From positions 1 through 45,193 of the forward strand of contig JBDSUZ010000296.1 of NCBI GenBank assembly GCA_039927395.1: a stretch of DNA of 45,193 nt. The letters are read 5' to 3'. The stretch's first letter is position 1, and every line of letters begins with the position of its first letter. A program made the position numbers and the translations under genes. Shown piece by piece: positions 1 to 9,844 of the stretch. The notes below the pieces were generated by a model that saw only the letters and a program-made list of their open reading frames with translations, did not search any database and was not told the DNA's origin. Source of the DNA: Saprospiraceae bacterium (GTDB taxonomy: Bacteria; Bacteroidota; Bacteroidia; Chitinophagales; Saprospiraceae).

Positions 1-1
1 T

Positions 2-724
2 CAGGAAATATATAATGCCACTGAGGGGTATTTTGCAGCACAAGATGGGTTAGATTCCAAGGACTTGTTGTTGCTTCTTGATAATGGCATGTATTTCGAA
101 TTTCTGCCCATTTCTGAATGGGCTAAAGATCAACCGACAGCGATTCCATTGGAGGAAGTTGAAGTTGGCGTCAATTATGCATTGATGTTAAGCTCCAACG
201 CCGGCCTCTGGCGATACGTTCCAGGTGATACCATTCAATTTACAGGGACCAAGCCCTATCGAATCCGAGTGACTGGACGAACTAAGCAGTTTGTCAATGT
301 ATTTGGTGAAGAAGTAATGGTTTCAGATACTGACAAAGCGATCGCAGAGACTTGTCGTCAAATGAATGCCTCAGTCAGAGAATATTCCCTGGCACCAATA
401 TTCCTCGAGAATCGACTCAAAGGTGGTCATGAATGGGTAATTGAATTTGATCAGGATCCTGGTGATCTTGAGTTATTTGCCGAACAACTTGACGCAAATC
501 TGCAAAAGATAAATTCGGATTATGAAGCCAAGCGCTTCAAGGGAATTGCATTGCAACGACTCAAACTTACTTGCGTGCCGCAAGGCTCATTTATACAATG
601 GATGCGCCAAAGGGGCAAGTCAGGTGGCCAATACAAAGTGCCCCGCCTCTCCAATAGCAGAGTATATGTTGAGGAATTGTTGGAATTTACCCGACATTCC
701 AACAATATCAATCAAAACTTCTAA
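2..724 (+). CDS. GH3 auxin-responsive-promoter family protein (acyl-acid amido synthetase-like), C-terminal part; the 5' end lies upstream of the window
   Basis: The frame is open from base 2 (QEIYNATEGYFAAQDG...) into ORF 65..724. The segment WRYVPGDTIQFTG...RIRVTGRTKQFVNVFGEEV is the conserved C-terminal region of bacterial GH3-family proteins. Confidence 0.75.
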   Translation, partial: QEIYNATEGYFAAQDGLDSKDLLLLLDNGMYFEFLPISEWAKDQPTAIPLEEVEVGVNYALMLSSNAGLWRYVPGDTIQFTGTKPYRIRVTGRTKQFVNVFGEEVMVSDTDKAIAETCRQMNASVREYSLAPIFLENRLKGGHEWVIEFDQDPGDLELFAEQLDANLQKINSDYEAKRFKGIALQRLKLTCVPQGSFIQWMRQRGKSGGQYKVPRLSNSRVYVEELLEFTRHSNNINQNF

Positions 725-740
725 CCTAAATCCGCCCTTA

Positions 741-1061
741 ATGGATCAACGGATTTCAGATTTAGTTGTTCAGCAATTCTCATTAGATCCCCAAAAGCAA
801 TTCATCAACGAAGAGGATCTGCTGCAGGCATTGACCGAACAAGTGCATTTTATGATTGACAATAGACTCGAACTTTTGTTGAGCCTACTATACCGCATGG
901 ATATATCCGAGAGCAAAATCAATCAAATGTTATCGCCCGCCTCTCCCATTGATGCGGACCGGGGACTTGCTATCTTGATACTTGAGCGGCAGAAGCAAAG
1001 ATTGCTTACTAAAAAGACATATCAATCTGGAGATCCTGACTTTTGGTCAAGAGATTTGTAG
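741..1061 (+). CDS. small hypothetical protein (about 106 aa)
   Basis: The first ATG (741) after the stop of the upstream gene lies in the frame of ORF 522..1061. The longer start would overlap the GH3 gene by about 200 nt. No motif recognised. Confidence 0.5.
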   Translation: MDQRISDLVVQQFSLDPQKQFINEEDLLQALTEQVHFMIDNRLELLLSLLYRMDISESKINQMLSPASPIDADRGLAILILERQKQRLLTKKTYQSGDPDFWSRDL

Positions 1062-1087
1062 ATGCTGATAATTTCCACATATCATCC

Positions 1088-1810
1088 ATGTTAGTCAAGA
1101 CCAGAGCGATCGTATTTCGCAAGCTCAAGTATGGCGATAGCGGTCTGATCGTCGATCTATACACTGAAGAGTTAGGACTGCGTTCATACCTTGTCCAAGG
1201 AGTCAGAAAACCAGGCGACAAAGGACGTGCTGCATTATTTCAACTCTCTAGTTTACTAGATATCGTCGCTTACCAACAGGAGGGCAAATCACTACAAAGG
1301 GTAAAAGAATTTCAATTGAGCAGTCCCTATCAAACGCTGCTATTTGATGTTGTCAAATCCACAACAGCGCTATTTTTGATTGACATCAGCCGAAAGGTCA
1401 TAAAGGAGAAAGAATCCAATCCATATTTGTTCAACTTTCTGAGTGATTGGTTTTTATTCCTAGACAAACCCGAAAATAAGGCAACCCAAGTTCCATGGGT
1501 ATTTATCCTTCAGCTAAGCTCCTTCATTGGTTTCGAGCCAAATGGACAGTATTCGGAGGAAACACCATACTTTGATCTTCAAGAAGGTTGTTTTTGTGAA
1601 AATTCACCTAGGCATGCATTCTATCTGGAGCCTGCTCAGGCTCGATGGATTTCTGAAGCGCTACATGCTACCAAAGAGGACATTTGTCAATGGACCGTGC
1701 CAAAGGTCATGCGAAAGGATTTGCTTGAAAAACTACTCTTGTACTATCAATTGCATGTGGAAGATTTCAAAGGCTTGCAGTCGGCTGACATAATTAGCGC
1801 CATTCTCTGA
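1088..1810 (+). CDS. recO: DNA repair protein RecO
   Basis: An ATG at 1088 gives MLVKTRAIVFRKLKYGDSGLIVDLYTEELGLRSYLVQGVRK..., a typical RecO N-terminal OB-fold region. Length is about 240 aa. Confidence 0.85.
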   Translation: MLVKTRAIVFRKLKYGDSGLIVDLYTEELGLRSYLVQGVRKPGDKGRAALFQLSSLLDIVAYQQEGKSLQRVKEFQLSSPYQTLLFDVVKSTTALFLIDISRKVIKEKESNPYLFNFLSDWFLFLDKPENKATQVPWVFILQLSSFIGFEPNGQYSEETPYFDLQEGCFCENSPRHAFYLEPAQARWISEALHATKEDICQWTVPKVMRKDLLEKLLLYYQLHVEDFKGLQSADIISAIL

Positions 1811-1825
1811 AGCAATCGGCAGGAA

Positions 1826-2626
1826 CTAGATAATAAATTGCCTGCCTATAATATCTTGTAATTCTCTGTGAACCAATTTATTAGAAGCAATAAGAGATTT
1901 GCCAGTCAGTGCATCAGGAATTCCATAGAAATCGCTTATTTGTCCTCCTGCTTCTTCCACGATTACCAGACCAGCCGAGATATCCCAAGGCTGCAAATGG
2001 TATTCCCAAAATGCATCAAAGCGACCGGCCGCCACATAAGCAAGATCAATTGCCGCCGAGCCAATTCTGCGCAAGCCACGGCAGGAAGACATCAATATGC
2101 CCATCGTGTTGAGATAGGCATCCAACATGCCATAATCATGATATGGAAACCCTGTTGCAAGCAAAGTATCAGCGAGCCGAGTCTTCTTGCTTACATGAAT
2201 TTCATGACCATTTAATGTCGCACCATTTCCCTTGCAAGCTGAAAAACACTCATTTCTATTTGGGTCATAAATTACTCCTAAAACGCCTTTGCCCTTATAT
2301 TCAAGACCAATGCTGACCGAGAAAACAGGTATATTAAATAAGAAATTAGTGGTGCCATCTAGTGGATCGATAACCCATCGATATTCACCTGTTGAAGTTT
2401 CAATTGTTGCCTCCTCTGTAAGAAATACTGAACCAGGAATCAATGCTGAAAGTGCTGAAACAATCTGTATTTCTGCCGTTTTGTCGACATATGAGACCAA
2501 GCTATTTAGGCTTTTTTCCTCGATCTGAGCAGTATTGACTTTGCCAAATTCCGACAATAAATAACCCCCTGCCTTTTTTGCTATTTTCTCAACTTCAACT
2601 AGGATTTCCTTTAACTGCAATTCCAT
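1826..2626 (-). CDS. inositol monophosphatase family protein (SuhB-like)
   Basis: Carries the WVIDPLDGTTNF metal-binding motif plus the downstream GFPY / AAG..D motifs. ATG start at 2626. Confidence 0.9.
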   Translation of the reverse strand: MELQLKEILVEVEKIAKKAGGYLLSEFGKVNTAQIEEKSLNSLVSYVDKTAEIQIVSALSALIPGSVFLTEEATIETSTGEYRWVIDPLDGTTNFLFNIPVFSVSIGLEYKGKGVLGVIYDPNRNECFSACKGNGATLNGHEIHVSKKTRLADTLLATGFPYHDYGMLDAYLNTMGILMSSCRGLRRIGSAAIDLAYVAAGRFDAFWEYHLQPWDISAGLVIVEEAGGQISDFYGIPDALTGKSLIASNKLVHRELQDIIGRQFII

Positions 2627-2646
2627 ACTATTTCGATTAATCCAAA

Positions 2647-4413
2647 TTAAAATTCCAAGCGATATACGGGATATCGATTGTGACTCGGCTCATAATATGG
2701 AGAATGCTTGTACACCCAATCCAGTTGAGCTTCGCCAGATGAATTCAGAGCATTATCTGTCGATTTTGCCTTTTCAAAAGCCGCTTTTAGTTCAGGGTCA
2801 TTCTCAAGCATTTTAGCCGCTTGATCTTCGAATACATAAGCACTATAACCCTCCTTCTGCATCAAAATGGAATCAAAGTAATTCCACGCAAAAAAGGCAT
2901 CAGGTGCATTTGGCTCCAGTGTCTCAATGATATACCTATTCTTAGATTGATTGCATGGAATATAGAAATCTCCTTTACGGCAAGCCACTCGTATTTCCTT
3001 CTTGTCGGCCACGACACCGTAATGCAAATAGTGCCCTTCGTAAGGACTTGGACTGCTCTGATACTGCTTGATAAAATATGCGCTCAAGGTCATAATGGTA
3101 TCCTTTTGCAGAACTTCCATCGCTACACCATTCCATTCTAGCCGGCGAATGACATCTTCCCAAGCCTGAGGGATTATATATGCTTTAGGCTTTTGGACAG
3201 TGTCGGAGGCGATACAATAGCTATAGAAAGGGATGTCTTTTTCAAATGGCTTTGATCTATCAAAAAACATTCGCTCTTTGCCTGAGACACCACTCTTGAG
3301 CATTTCACTTTCATATCCCTTGAAATGCACCTTTTCAGATCGAGTCCGATCTGATGCCCACCTGATCGGAAACTGTTCGGCATTAGCAATATTTAGACGG
3401 TCGATCGCCTTGATATTACGGATTTTATTGCCTGATTTATAAAGAAATTCTCCCAGCACCACCATCAGATCATATGTTGATTTGACCCTTTGAGGAAATG
3501 GTTTTAGCATATGGGTCTCTGGGACTAGGCCAATTATTTGATGAAGCGCTGCATAACCTGAGGTATATCGTGGGTCATCAATAAATGAGGGAATTTCGCT
3601 GACATTGGTGCCGTGAACATTGATATATGGTACCATATCCCAATGTTTTTTCTTCATCGCTGAGTAGACCTCCGGTAGCATTTTATCGCGCAAAAATTTG
3701 CCACTTTCACCCCCCAGTTTGTCAGCTTGAGTGGCTAGCAATGTCATGGTATGTTGATAGTCTGCTCCATTGGACGTGTGATTATCGACTAACAGATCTG
3801 GGTCAAGCCAAGTGATCAATTGATTGAATAATCTCGCTTCCCTAGTATCAGTCTTGATACAATCCCGGTTGAGGTCATAGTTTTTTGCATTGCCTCTAAA
3901 CCCATATTCATCCGGTCCATTTTGACTTGCTCTTGAGTATTTGTTGCGATTATTGGCCCCGCCAAGATTATACATCGGAATGCACACAAAAACGACCCGG
4001 TCCAACAAAGATTTTAATTCAGGATTCTGCATAAGATCTCTGAACAACATCATTGTGGCGTCCACACCTTCAGGCTCTCCCGGATGTATCGCGTTGTTGA
4101 TCAGTATTATGGCCTTGCCCTGACGATGCAGGTAGATTGGGTCCATATTGGGCTCGTTTGTACAAAAAACTGTCTGCAAGGTATAGCCACCGTCAGTCGC
4201 ACCGAGTGGCATAATCTGAATCTGAGAGTAGGTGGCCGCTAGGCGTTCATAATATGCCATACATTCTGATGGTGTAGCCGAATGCGAAGTATCAATTTCA
4301 AATGGGGTAAGCCAGCTCTTGTCTTGGCCATACACCTTATTGCCAATCAATAAGAATATGGCTGAAAAAATAAAAGCACAAATGCGAACCATTCTCTTGA
4401 AATTCATAGCCAT
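2647..4413 (-). CDS. M14-family zinc carboxypeptidase, secreted
   Basis: Has the HPGEPEG (HxxE) zinc motif. An internal ATG at 4413 gives MAMNFKRMVRICAFIFSAIFLLIGNKVYGQ, a clear signal peptide. The longer ORF to 4719 overlaps the opposite-strand gene 4572..4922. Confidence 0.8.
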   Translation of the reverse strand: MAMNFKRMVRICAFIFSAIFLLIGNKVYGQDKSWLTPFEIDTSHSATPSECMAYYERLAATYSQIQIMPLGATDGGYTLQTVFCTNEPNMDPIYLHRQGKAIILINNAIHPGEPEGVDATMMLFRDLMQNPELKSLLDRVVFVCIPMYNLGGANNRNKYSRASQNGPDEYGFRGNAKNYDLNRDCIKTDTREARLFNQLITWLDPDLLVDNHTSNGADYQHTMTLLATQADKLGGESGKFLRDKMLPEVYSAMKKKHWDMVPYINVHGTNVSEIPSFIDDPRYTSGYAALHQIIGLVPETHMLKPFPQRVKSTYDLMVVLGEFLYKSGNKIRNIKAIDRLNIANAEQFPIRWASDRTRSEKVHFKGYESEMLKSGVSGKERMFFDRSKPFEKDIPFYSYCIASDTVQKPKAYIIPQAWEDVIRRLEWNGVAMEVLQKDTIMTLSAYFIKQYQSSPSPYEGHYLHYGVVADKKEIRVACRKGDFYIPCNQSKNRYIIETLEPNAPDAFFAWNYFDSILMQKEGYSAYVFEDQAAKMLENDPELKAAFEKAKSTDNALNSSGEAQLDWVYKHSPYYEPSHNRYPVYRLEF

Positions 4414-4571
4414 ATCGTTCTTTTGAGGATTCGAAATTACCAAATAAGAAAGAACTATCCGGATAAAATGCCATTGGATATCGAATGGATGAGCTTTGCT
4501 GAAATACAAAGGAAAATGTCCCTCAAATTGGGAACTATTTGACCTACATTTAAATAGAAAATCGAGAGAAA

Positions 4572-4922
4572 ATGAAATATGAAAAGTATTCTCAACCACT
4601 TGTACCGGTGCAAGTCTATGCGCTGAGGGTCCTAAACAATATCCTCTTTGCCACGGTAGTAATTGCCATTGCTCTGGCGATTGGAGTGATTGGCTATCAC
4701 CATTTTGGCCAACTGCCATGGGTAGATTCGCTTCTCAATGCAAGCATGATCTTAGGGGGTATGGGTCCGGTAGATCTATTGAAAACCGACGCTGCAAAGG
4801 TGTTTGCATCGATGTACGCCCTCTTTAGCGGAGTAGTTTTTCTAACCGTAGTAGCGTTGACGATCGCTCCGATATTACATCGTTTTCTTCACCGCTTACA
4901 TATTGAAGAAAATCAATCTTGA
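4572..4922 (+). CDS. 116-aa two-TM membrane protein with a K+-channel-like pore-helix/loop region (non-canonical filter)
   Basis: The layout is TM1 (ILFATVVIAIALAIGVIGY), then WVDSLLNASMILGGMGPVD, then TM2 (VFASMYALFSGVVFLTVVALTIAPIL). This resembles the Ion_trans_2 topology. Confidence 0.6.
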   Translation: MKYEKYSQPLVPVQVYALRVLNNILFATVVIAIALAIGVIGYHHFGQLPWVDSLLNASMILGGMGPVDLLKTDAAKVFASMYALFSGVVFLTVVALTIAPILHRFLHRLHIEENQS

Positions 4923-4932
4923 TTGGGATGAT

Positions 4933-5223
4933 TTACACCTTCGCATTTCTGAATAATCGCTCAAGGAAGAAAGTACCTGTTGGTATCAGAGATAGTAAGA
5001 ATGCCTTGACAAGTAAGGAAAATGGCCATTTCAACTTGACAGCGCCAAGTAAGAGATAGATCATATACAATACAAATAGCACACCGTGCAGACTACCGAC
5101 GATTTTTACTGCCTGAGGCATATCAGCCATATATTTGAGTGGCATGGCTATTAGCAATAAGACGAGGTATGAGACCCCTTCAGCATGTCCTATTTGGATA
5201 AATTGTCTACGTAGATTTTTCAT
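4933..5223 (-). CDS. DUF3817-type small integral membrane protein
   Basis: The 96-aa sequence IGHAEGVSYLVLLLIAMPLKY...GSLHGVLFVLY... matches my recollection of DUF3817. ATG start. Confidence 0.7.
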   Translation of the reverse strand: MKNLRRQFIQIGHAEGVSYLVLLLIAMPLKYMADMPQAVKIVGSLHGVLFVLYMIYLLLGAVKLKWPFSLLVKAFLLSLIPTGTFFLERLFRNAKV

Positions 5224-5334
5224 AACTTAAAGATAGGAGAACGTATATTTAATCCCTTGGATCTATCAGTTGACAGGAAAATATTACTTAAAAAGGACAA
5301 TAGACCTGCATCAACTACTACATAAACTTCATCA

Positions 5335-5838
5335 ATGACTGCTAAAGAGTTTTTCGATCTGCTAGCCACACATCCATATTTACTGATGTTGTTTTTTCTG
5401 GGCCTCCCGCTATTATCACTTTTGGTTGCTTGGATTAGCATGGGGCACGCATCTGAATCACCCTGGAAATACTTTTTCACCGTATTGGTTTATGCCTGCA
5501 CCATACCAGGAGTATTTGCAATCACTTTGAATATTTACTTATTCGTTTGGGAAAGGCGTTCAATATTCGAAACCGATATCTACACCCAAATCCTACCTAT
5601 CGTTTCGATGGCAATCACTTTGTTTATCATTCGCAAATTTGTGCGCTTTGAGCTAATTCCTGGATTTGGCAAATTGTCGGGATTGATAGCAATGATATCT
5701 GGCATATTGATCCTTATGTGGATCATTGACAAGACCCATATTATCGTATTCTCCTATCTACCATTTTCGCAAGTCTTGATCGCCTTTATCTTACTGATAA
5801 TCATAGTAAGGCTTGGCTGGAGCAAAGTATTTTCTTAG
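5335..5838 (+). CDS. hypothetical multi-pass membrane protein
   Basis: 167 aa with 4-5 hydrophobic helices and an ATG start. No recognisable motif. Confidence 0.55.
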   Translation: MTAKEFFDLLATHPYLLMLFFLGLPLLSLLVAWISMGHASESPWKYFFTVLVYACTIPGVFAITLNIYLFVWERRSIFETDIYTQILPIVSMAITLFIIRKFVRFELIPGFGKLSGLIAMISGILILMWIIDKTHIIVFSYLPFSQVLIAFILLIIIVRLGWSKVFS

Positions 5839-5880
5839 AGAATACAAAGAATTTGGCCACCTGGACTGAAACAAATTTTG

Positions 5881-7137
5881 TTACAGGTCCAGAAGCAACA
5901 AGGAGGGATCTTCTAATAGATTTTTGACTCTGACAAGGAAGGTAACGGAAGAACTTCCATCGATTACTCTGTGATCATATGAAAGCGCCAGATACATCAT
6001 TGGACGGATTTTTATTTCTCCTTTGATCACCATCGCCCTTTCTAGAATGGCATGCATGCCTAGAATCGCCGATTGTGGTTCATTGATAATCGGAGTGCTC
6101 ATCATCGATCCGAAGACGCCTCCGTTTGTGATGGTGAATGTTCCTCCTGACATTTCTTCAAGGGTCAATTTGCCTCCACGAGCTTTTTCTGCGAGGACCT
6201 TTACTTCCTGTTCGATCTGGGCAAAGCTCAAGGATTCAACATTCTTGATTGGAGGAACCACCAAACCAGTCGGTGTTGAAATTGCAATTGAGATATCAGC
6301 ATAATCGTGGTAGATCAGCTCCTCATCAAGGATTTGTGCATTGACTTCGGGCATTTCCAAAAGCACTTTTGCGCAGGCCTTAGCGAAAATGCTCATGAAA
6401 CCCAGTTTGATACCATTCTTCTTGACAAATGCGTCCTGATACTTACTTCGCATGGCCATAATCTCGGTCAAATCCACTTCGTTGAAAGTGGTGAGCATCG
6501 CTGTATTGTTTTTTGCTGAGACCAAACGCTTGGCGATAGTACGCCGCATTCTACTCATCTTCTCTGTCCGAGTATTTCTGCTAAATGTCGATGGAGTTTC
6601 AGATACCGTTACCTGCAGAGCATCTTTTGGCTCAGTTGCGGGACTTTGGCTTGAAGCTTTTTCTGCGTCTTCCTTAGTGATACGTCCATCTCTTCCGCTC
6701 CCAGCAATGCTGTCTGGCAGGATATTTTTCTCAGCCAAAATCTTGTTTGCCGCAGGTGAAGGATGACCTTTAGCATATGAATCAGATTCGCTCTTAGTAG
6801 CCTGCTTTTCAGGAGCAACACTAATTGTAGCAGCCTCTTGTTTTTCAACTTTAACAGGCTCATCTGCTATTTTTTCTTCTTTAGCAATTGAAGCTTTGGC
6901 GCTCGTATCAATTCTGGCAACAATGGCTCCGATAGCCAGATCGTCACCTTCTTTTGCAACACGGATTAACTTACCAGCAACTTCAGCTGGAAATTCTAAT
7001 GTTGCTTTGTCGGATTCAAATTCGCAAATTGCTTCGTCCAATTGGACCATTTCGCCCTCCTGCTTGAGCCATTTGGCCAAAGTAACTTCGGTGATTGATT
7101 CGCCGATAGATGGAACTTTCAAATCGATAATACTCAT
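5881..7137 (-). CDS. sucB: dihydrolipoyllysine-residue succinyltransferase (E2 of 2-oxoglutarate dehydrogenase)
   Basis: N-terminal lipoyl domain ([14 protein letters not shown]), an Ala/Pro/Glu-rich linker, and a C-terminal catalytic domain ending in [10 protein letters not shown]. Confidence 0.9.
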   Translation of the reverse strand: MSIIDLKVPSIGESITEVTLAKWLKQEGEMVQLDEAICEFESDKATLEFPAEVAGKLIRVAKEGDDLAIGAIVARIDTSAKASIAKEEKIADEPVKVEKQEAATISVAPEKQATKSESDSYAKGHPSPAANKILAEKNILPDSIAGSGRDGRITKEDAEKASSQSPATEPKDALQVTVSETPSTFSRNTRTEKMSRMRRTIAKRLVSAKNNTAMLTTFNEVDLTEIMAMRSKYQDAFVKKNGIKLGFMSIFAKACAKVLLEMPEVNAQILDEELIYHDYADISIAISTPTGLVVPPIKNVESLSFAQIEQEVKVLAEKARGGKLTLEEMSGGTFTITNGGVFGSMMSTPIINEPQSAILGMHAILERAMVIKGEIKIRPMMYLALSYDHRVIDGSSSVTFLVRVKNLLEDPSLLLLDL

Positions 7138-7180
7138 AACCAGTTTTTCAAATTCAACACTTAATGCTCTGAATTGACTG

Positions 7181-7188
7181 CAAAGTTA
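7181..7188 (-). promoter_or_regulatory. candidate Bacteroidota -7 box TAACTTTG upstream of sucB
   Basis: The reverse complement of caaagtta matches the TAnnTTTG consensus. It sits 44 nt upstream of the sucB ATG. No convincing -33 element seen. Confidence 0.3.
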
Positions 7189-7337
7189 ATCCTTTTCGAA
7201 TCCTTACTTATCAGTAAATCCTTTATTTCCTATGGACCAAAGGAATACTATGGGCATTTTGGACTAAGTCGATGCTCAGCTGATCCACAAAATTTGATAC
7301 TTGATATAAGATCTCAGATTATAAATTGTTCAAATCT

Positions 7338-7345
7338 TAACTTTG
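7338..7345 (+). promoter_or_regulatory. candidate Bacteroidota -7 box TAACTTTG upstream of the DUF5916 gene
   Basis: Matches TAnnTTTG and lies 21 nt before the ATG at 7367. This argues against the earlier alternative start at 7343. Confidence 0.3.
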
Positions 7346-7366
7346 TATCAATACGCCCGTGTAAAA

Positions 7367-9844
7367 ATGAGACCAGCTTTACTGTTTGTACTCTTACTGT
7401 CTGTAATCAATTGCCTTGCGCAGGTTGGGGGCAAAAAGATAATTGCCACGCCATTGGTGGGAAATATCAACATTGATGGAAAACTCAATGAAGCAGCATG
7501 GTTTGATGCAATGCCTGGCGAAGATTTTGTCCAACGAAGCCCCAATCCCGGAGCTGCAGCCTCACAAAAGACACAGGTAAGGGTACTATATAGCTCAAAA
7601 TCCATTTTCGTAAGTGCTTATTGCCACGATACGCTACCACAAAGCATAAGCCGCCAACTGTCTAAGAGAGATCAAGTGGACAATGCTGATTGGTTTTATG
7701 TGGCCATTTGCCCTTACAGGGACGGGCAGAATGGCACCGCATTTTCCGTGACTGCAGCTGGTGTGCAGCTTGATCTCAAGTTGTTGCCCGATGACGAAGA
7801 TTTTACTTGGGATGCGGTTTGGAAGTCTGCGATTTCATTTCCAGGAGATGGATGGATCGTAGAAATGGAAATTCCATATTCAGCACTGAGATTTCCCTTG
7901 TCAGATATGCAAACATGGAGCATCAATTTTGGACGAAATATTCGTCGTTTACGCGAAGAATCATGGTGGAATCCAATCAATCCAGCGATTGATGGCTTCC
8001 TAAACCAGTCGGGCCAGATCGAAGGAATCAGGGATATCAAATCGCCTTTACGATTGTCCATCAACCCTTACCTCTCTGCATATCTGCAATGGGATAAGGA
8101 TCCAGAAACTGAATTCAATCAAAAATCCAGTTCTCTCAACGGTGGTATGGACATCAAGTATGGTATCAATGATGCATTTACAATCGATATGACACTAATT
8201 CCCGATTTTGGACAGACCAGATTCGATAATAAAATACTAAACGTCAGCCCTTTCGAAATACAATACGCAGAGAACAGAAATTTCTTCACAGAGGGGACAG
8301 AACTATTCACTAAAGGGAACCTATTTTATTCGCGCAGAATTGGATCTGAGCCCTATGATCTTGAGAAAGTTGAAGGACAATTATCACCCGTCGAAACAAT
8401 AGTAAAATATCCACTTCAAAATCGTCTGATCAATGCCTTGAAATTGTCGGGCAGAACAAAAAAGGGATTGGGGATTGGTGTATTTAACGCTGTGGAGGCC
8501 AGAAGTTTTGCTCATATCGTCAATGGCGAGACTGGGCAAGTCAAAGATGTGACCATCAATCCCCTGACAAATTATTCGGTGGCGGTGCTAGATCAAAATC
8601 TTAAGAACAATTCCTCCATCACACTGCTCAACACAAATGTCAGCAGAACAGGTTCAAATAACAATGCCAATGTGAGTAGTTTGCTCTATAATTTACGCAA
8701 CAAAAAGAATGATTATTACACTGGAGGACATATTAAGTACAGCAATAAGAGATTGAGTTCAAGTGACATAAAAGAGGGTTACAATATGAATCTGGCCGCA
8801 GGAAAAAATAGCGGCAAATTTACTTATGAAGCCAATTATCAAATTTCAAGCCCTGATTTTGATCCAAATGATCTGGGGTATCTGGCATTTACCAATTATA
8901 AATTTTTGAACCTTTCTGGCGAATATTCTGCCTTCAAGCCATTTTGGAAATTCAATGAATTGCAGACCAGCATCGAGTTTGACTATAATCGATTATATAA
9001 GCCAGATCATTTCACCGCTGCCTCCATCAGCGCAAGATTCTTTGCTACCACAACGAAGTTTCACGCCATGGGCGGATCATATAAGTATGTGCCAGTCAAA
9101 ACCTTCGATTATTTTGAGCCTCGCAGTTCAGATTTTAGCCGCTATTTACTTGTTCCAGAGAAAATATCGCTTAATCCTTGGATATCAAGTGATTACAGCA
9201 AGAAATTTGCGATCGATATGGGCGTTGGCTTTGATTATTTTGCTGAATACGGGCGAAAATCCAATAATTTTTACGTTTCACCGCGCTATCGATTTTCAGA
9301 TAAATTCAAAATTATTCTCCATCAGGGCTGGAAGTGGCTTTATAACAATCCCGGTTTTGTAAGACCGAACATTAGTGCCGTTGGATATGCGTCAATAAAT
9401 ACCGGAGATATTGTCATTGGACAGAGAAACCTCAGAATCGTCGAAAGCAGAATAAGCGCAGAATATGCCTTCAATAATAAAATGGCAATTACGCTGGAAG
9501 CGAGACAGTATTGGAACACAATTCAATACCGTCAATTCAAATTATTAGCAGCGGATGGCAATTTGATTCCTACTGAATATTTGGGTAGAAATGATGTTGA
9601 AAAACATCTGCATGATATCGATTTCAATATCATGAATATCGATCTGTCCTATTCTTGGAGGTTTGCTCCTGGAAGTGACCTCTTTATAGTGTACAAGCAA
9701 TTTATTCAGGGAAATGAAGAACAAATCAACATTGATTATCCTTCCGCTATTCGAGGTCTATTTGCAAATTCCGAAAGCAATAATATCTCGCTCCGTATAG
9801 TGTATTATCTGGATTATCAAATGATCAAGAAAAGGGCAAAATAA
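7367..9844 (+). CDS. CBM9-like / DUF5916 domain protein (probable outer-membrane or secreted)
   Basis: The ATG at 7367 gives the signal peptide MRPALLFVLLLSVINCLAQ. The N-terminal DGKLNEAAW...F.Q..P region is typical of the CBM9-like domain that precedes DUF5916. Confidence 0.65.
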   Translation: MRPALLFVLLLSVINCLAQVGGKKIIATPLVGNINIDGKLNEAAWFDAMPGEDFVQRSPNPGAAASQKTQVRVLYSSKSIFVSAYCHDTLPQSISRQLSKRDQVDNADWFYVAICPYRDGQNGTAFSVTAAGVQLDLKLLPDDEDFTWDAVWKSAISFPGDGWIVEMEIPYSALRFPLSDMQTWSINFGRNIRRLREESWWNPINPAIDGFLNQSGQIEGIRDIKSPLRLSINPYLSAYLQWDKDPETEFNQKSSSLNGGMDIKYGINDAFTIDMTLIPDFGQTRFDNKILNVSPFEIQYAENRNFFTEGTELFTKGNLFYSRRIGSEPYDLEKVEGQLSPVETIVKYPLQNRLINALKLSGRTKKGLGIGVFNAVEARSFAHIVNGETGQVKDVTINPLTNYSVAVLDQNLKNNSSITLLNTNVSRTGSNNNANVSSLLYNLRNKKNDYYTGGHIKYSNKRLSSSDIKEGYNMNLAAGKNSGKFTYEANYQISSPDFDPNDLGYLAFTNYKFLNLSGEYSAFKPFWKFNELQTSIEFDYNRLYKPDHFTAASISARFFATTTKFHAMGGSYKYVPVKTFDYFEPRSSDFSRYLLVPEKISLNPWISSDYSKKFAIDMGVGFDYFAEYGRKSNNFYVSPRYRFSDKFKIILHQGWKWLYNNPGFVRPNISAVGYASINTGDIVIGQRNLRIVESRISAEYAFNNKMAITLEARQYWNTIQYRQFKLLAADGNLIPTEYLGRNDVEKHLHDIDFNIMNIDLSYSWRFAPGSDLFIVYKQFIQGNEEQINIDYPSAIRGLFANSESNNISLRIVYYLDYQMIKKRAK

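Noticed and set aside
522-740. The upstream part of ORF 522..1061.
   Set aside because: It lies entirely inside the 3' end of the well-supported GH3-family gene in another frame. An ATG at 741, just after that gene's stop, is the more plausible start.
4414-4719. The N-terminal 102-codon extension of the M14 peptidase ORF.
   Set aside because: It has no signal peptide and overlaps the opposite-strand gene 4572..4922. The internal ATG at 4413 gives a textbook signal peptide.
5220-5480. An 86-aa minus-strand ORF.
   Set aside because: It is antisense to, and overlaps, the start of the membrane-protein gene 5335..5838. It also overlaps the start codon of gene 4933..5223 and has no features of a real protein.
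5881-7137. sucB without an adjacent sucA (E1) gene could be an unusual operon break.
   Set aside because: Gene order for the 2-oxoglutarate dehydrogenase genes varies, and sucA may simply lie elsewhere. This cannot be judged from one window.
7174-7476. A 100-aa ORF in the sucB / DUF5916 divergent region.
   Set aside because: It spans promoter DNA and the signal-peptide region of the DUF5916 gene in another frame. There is no supporting signal.
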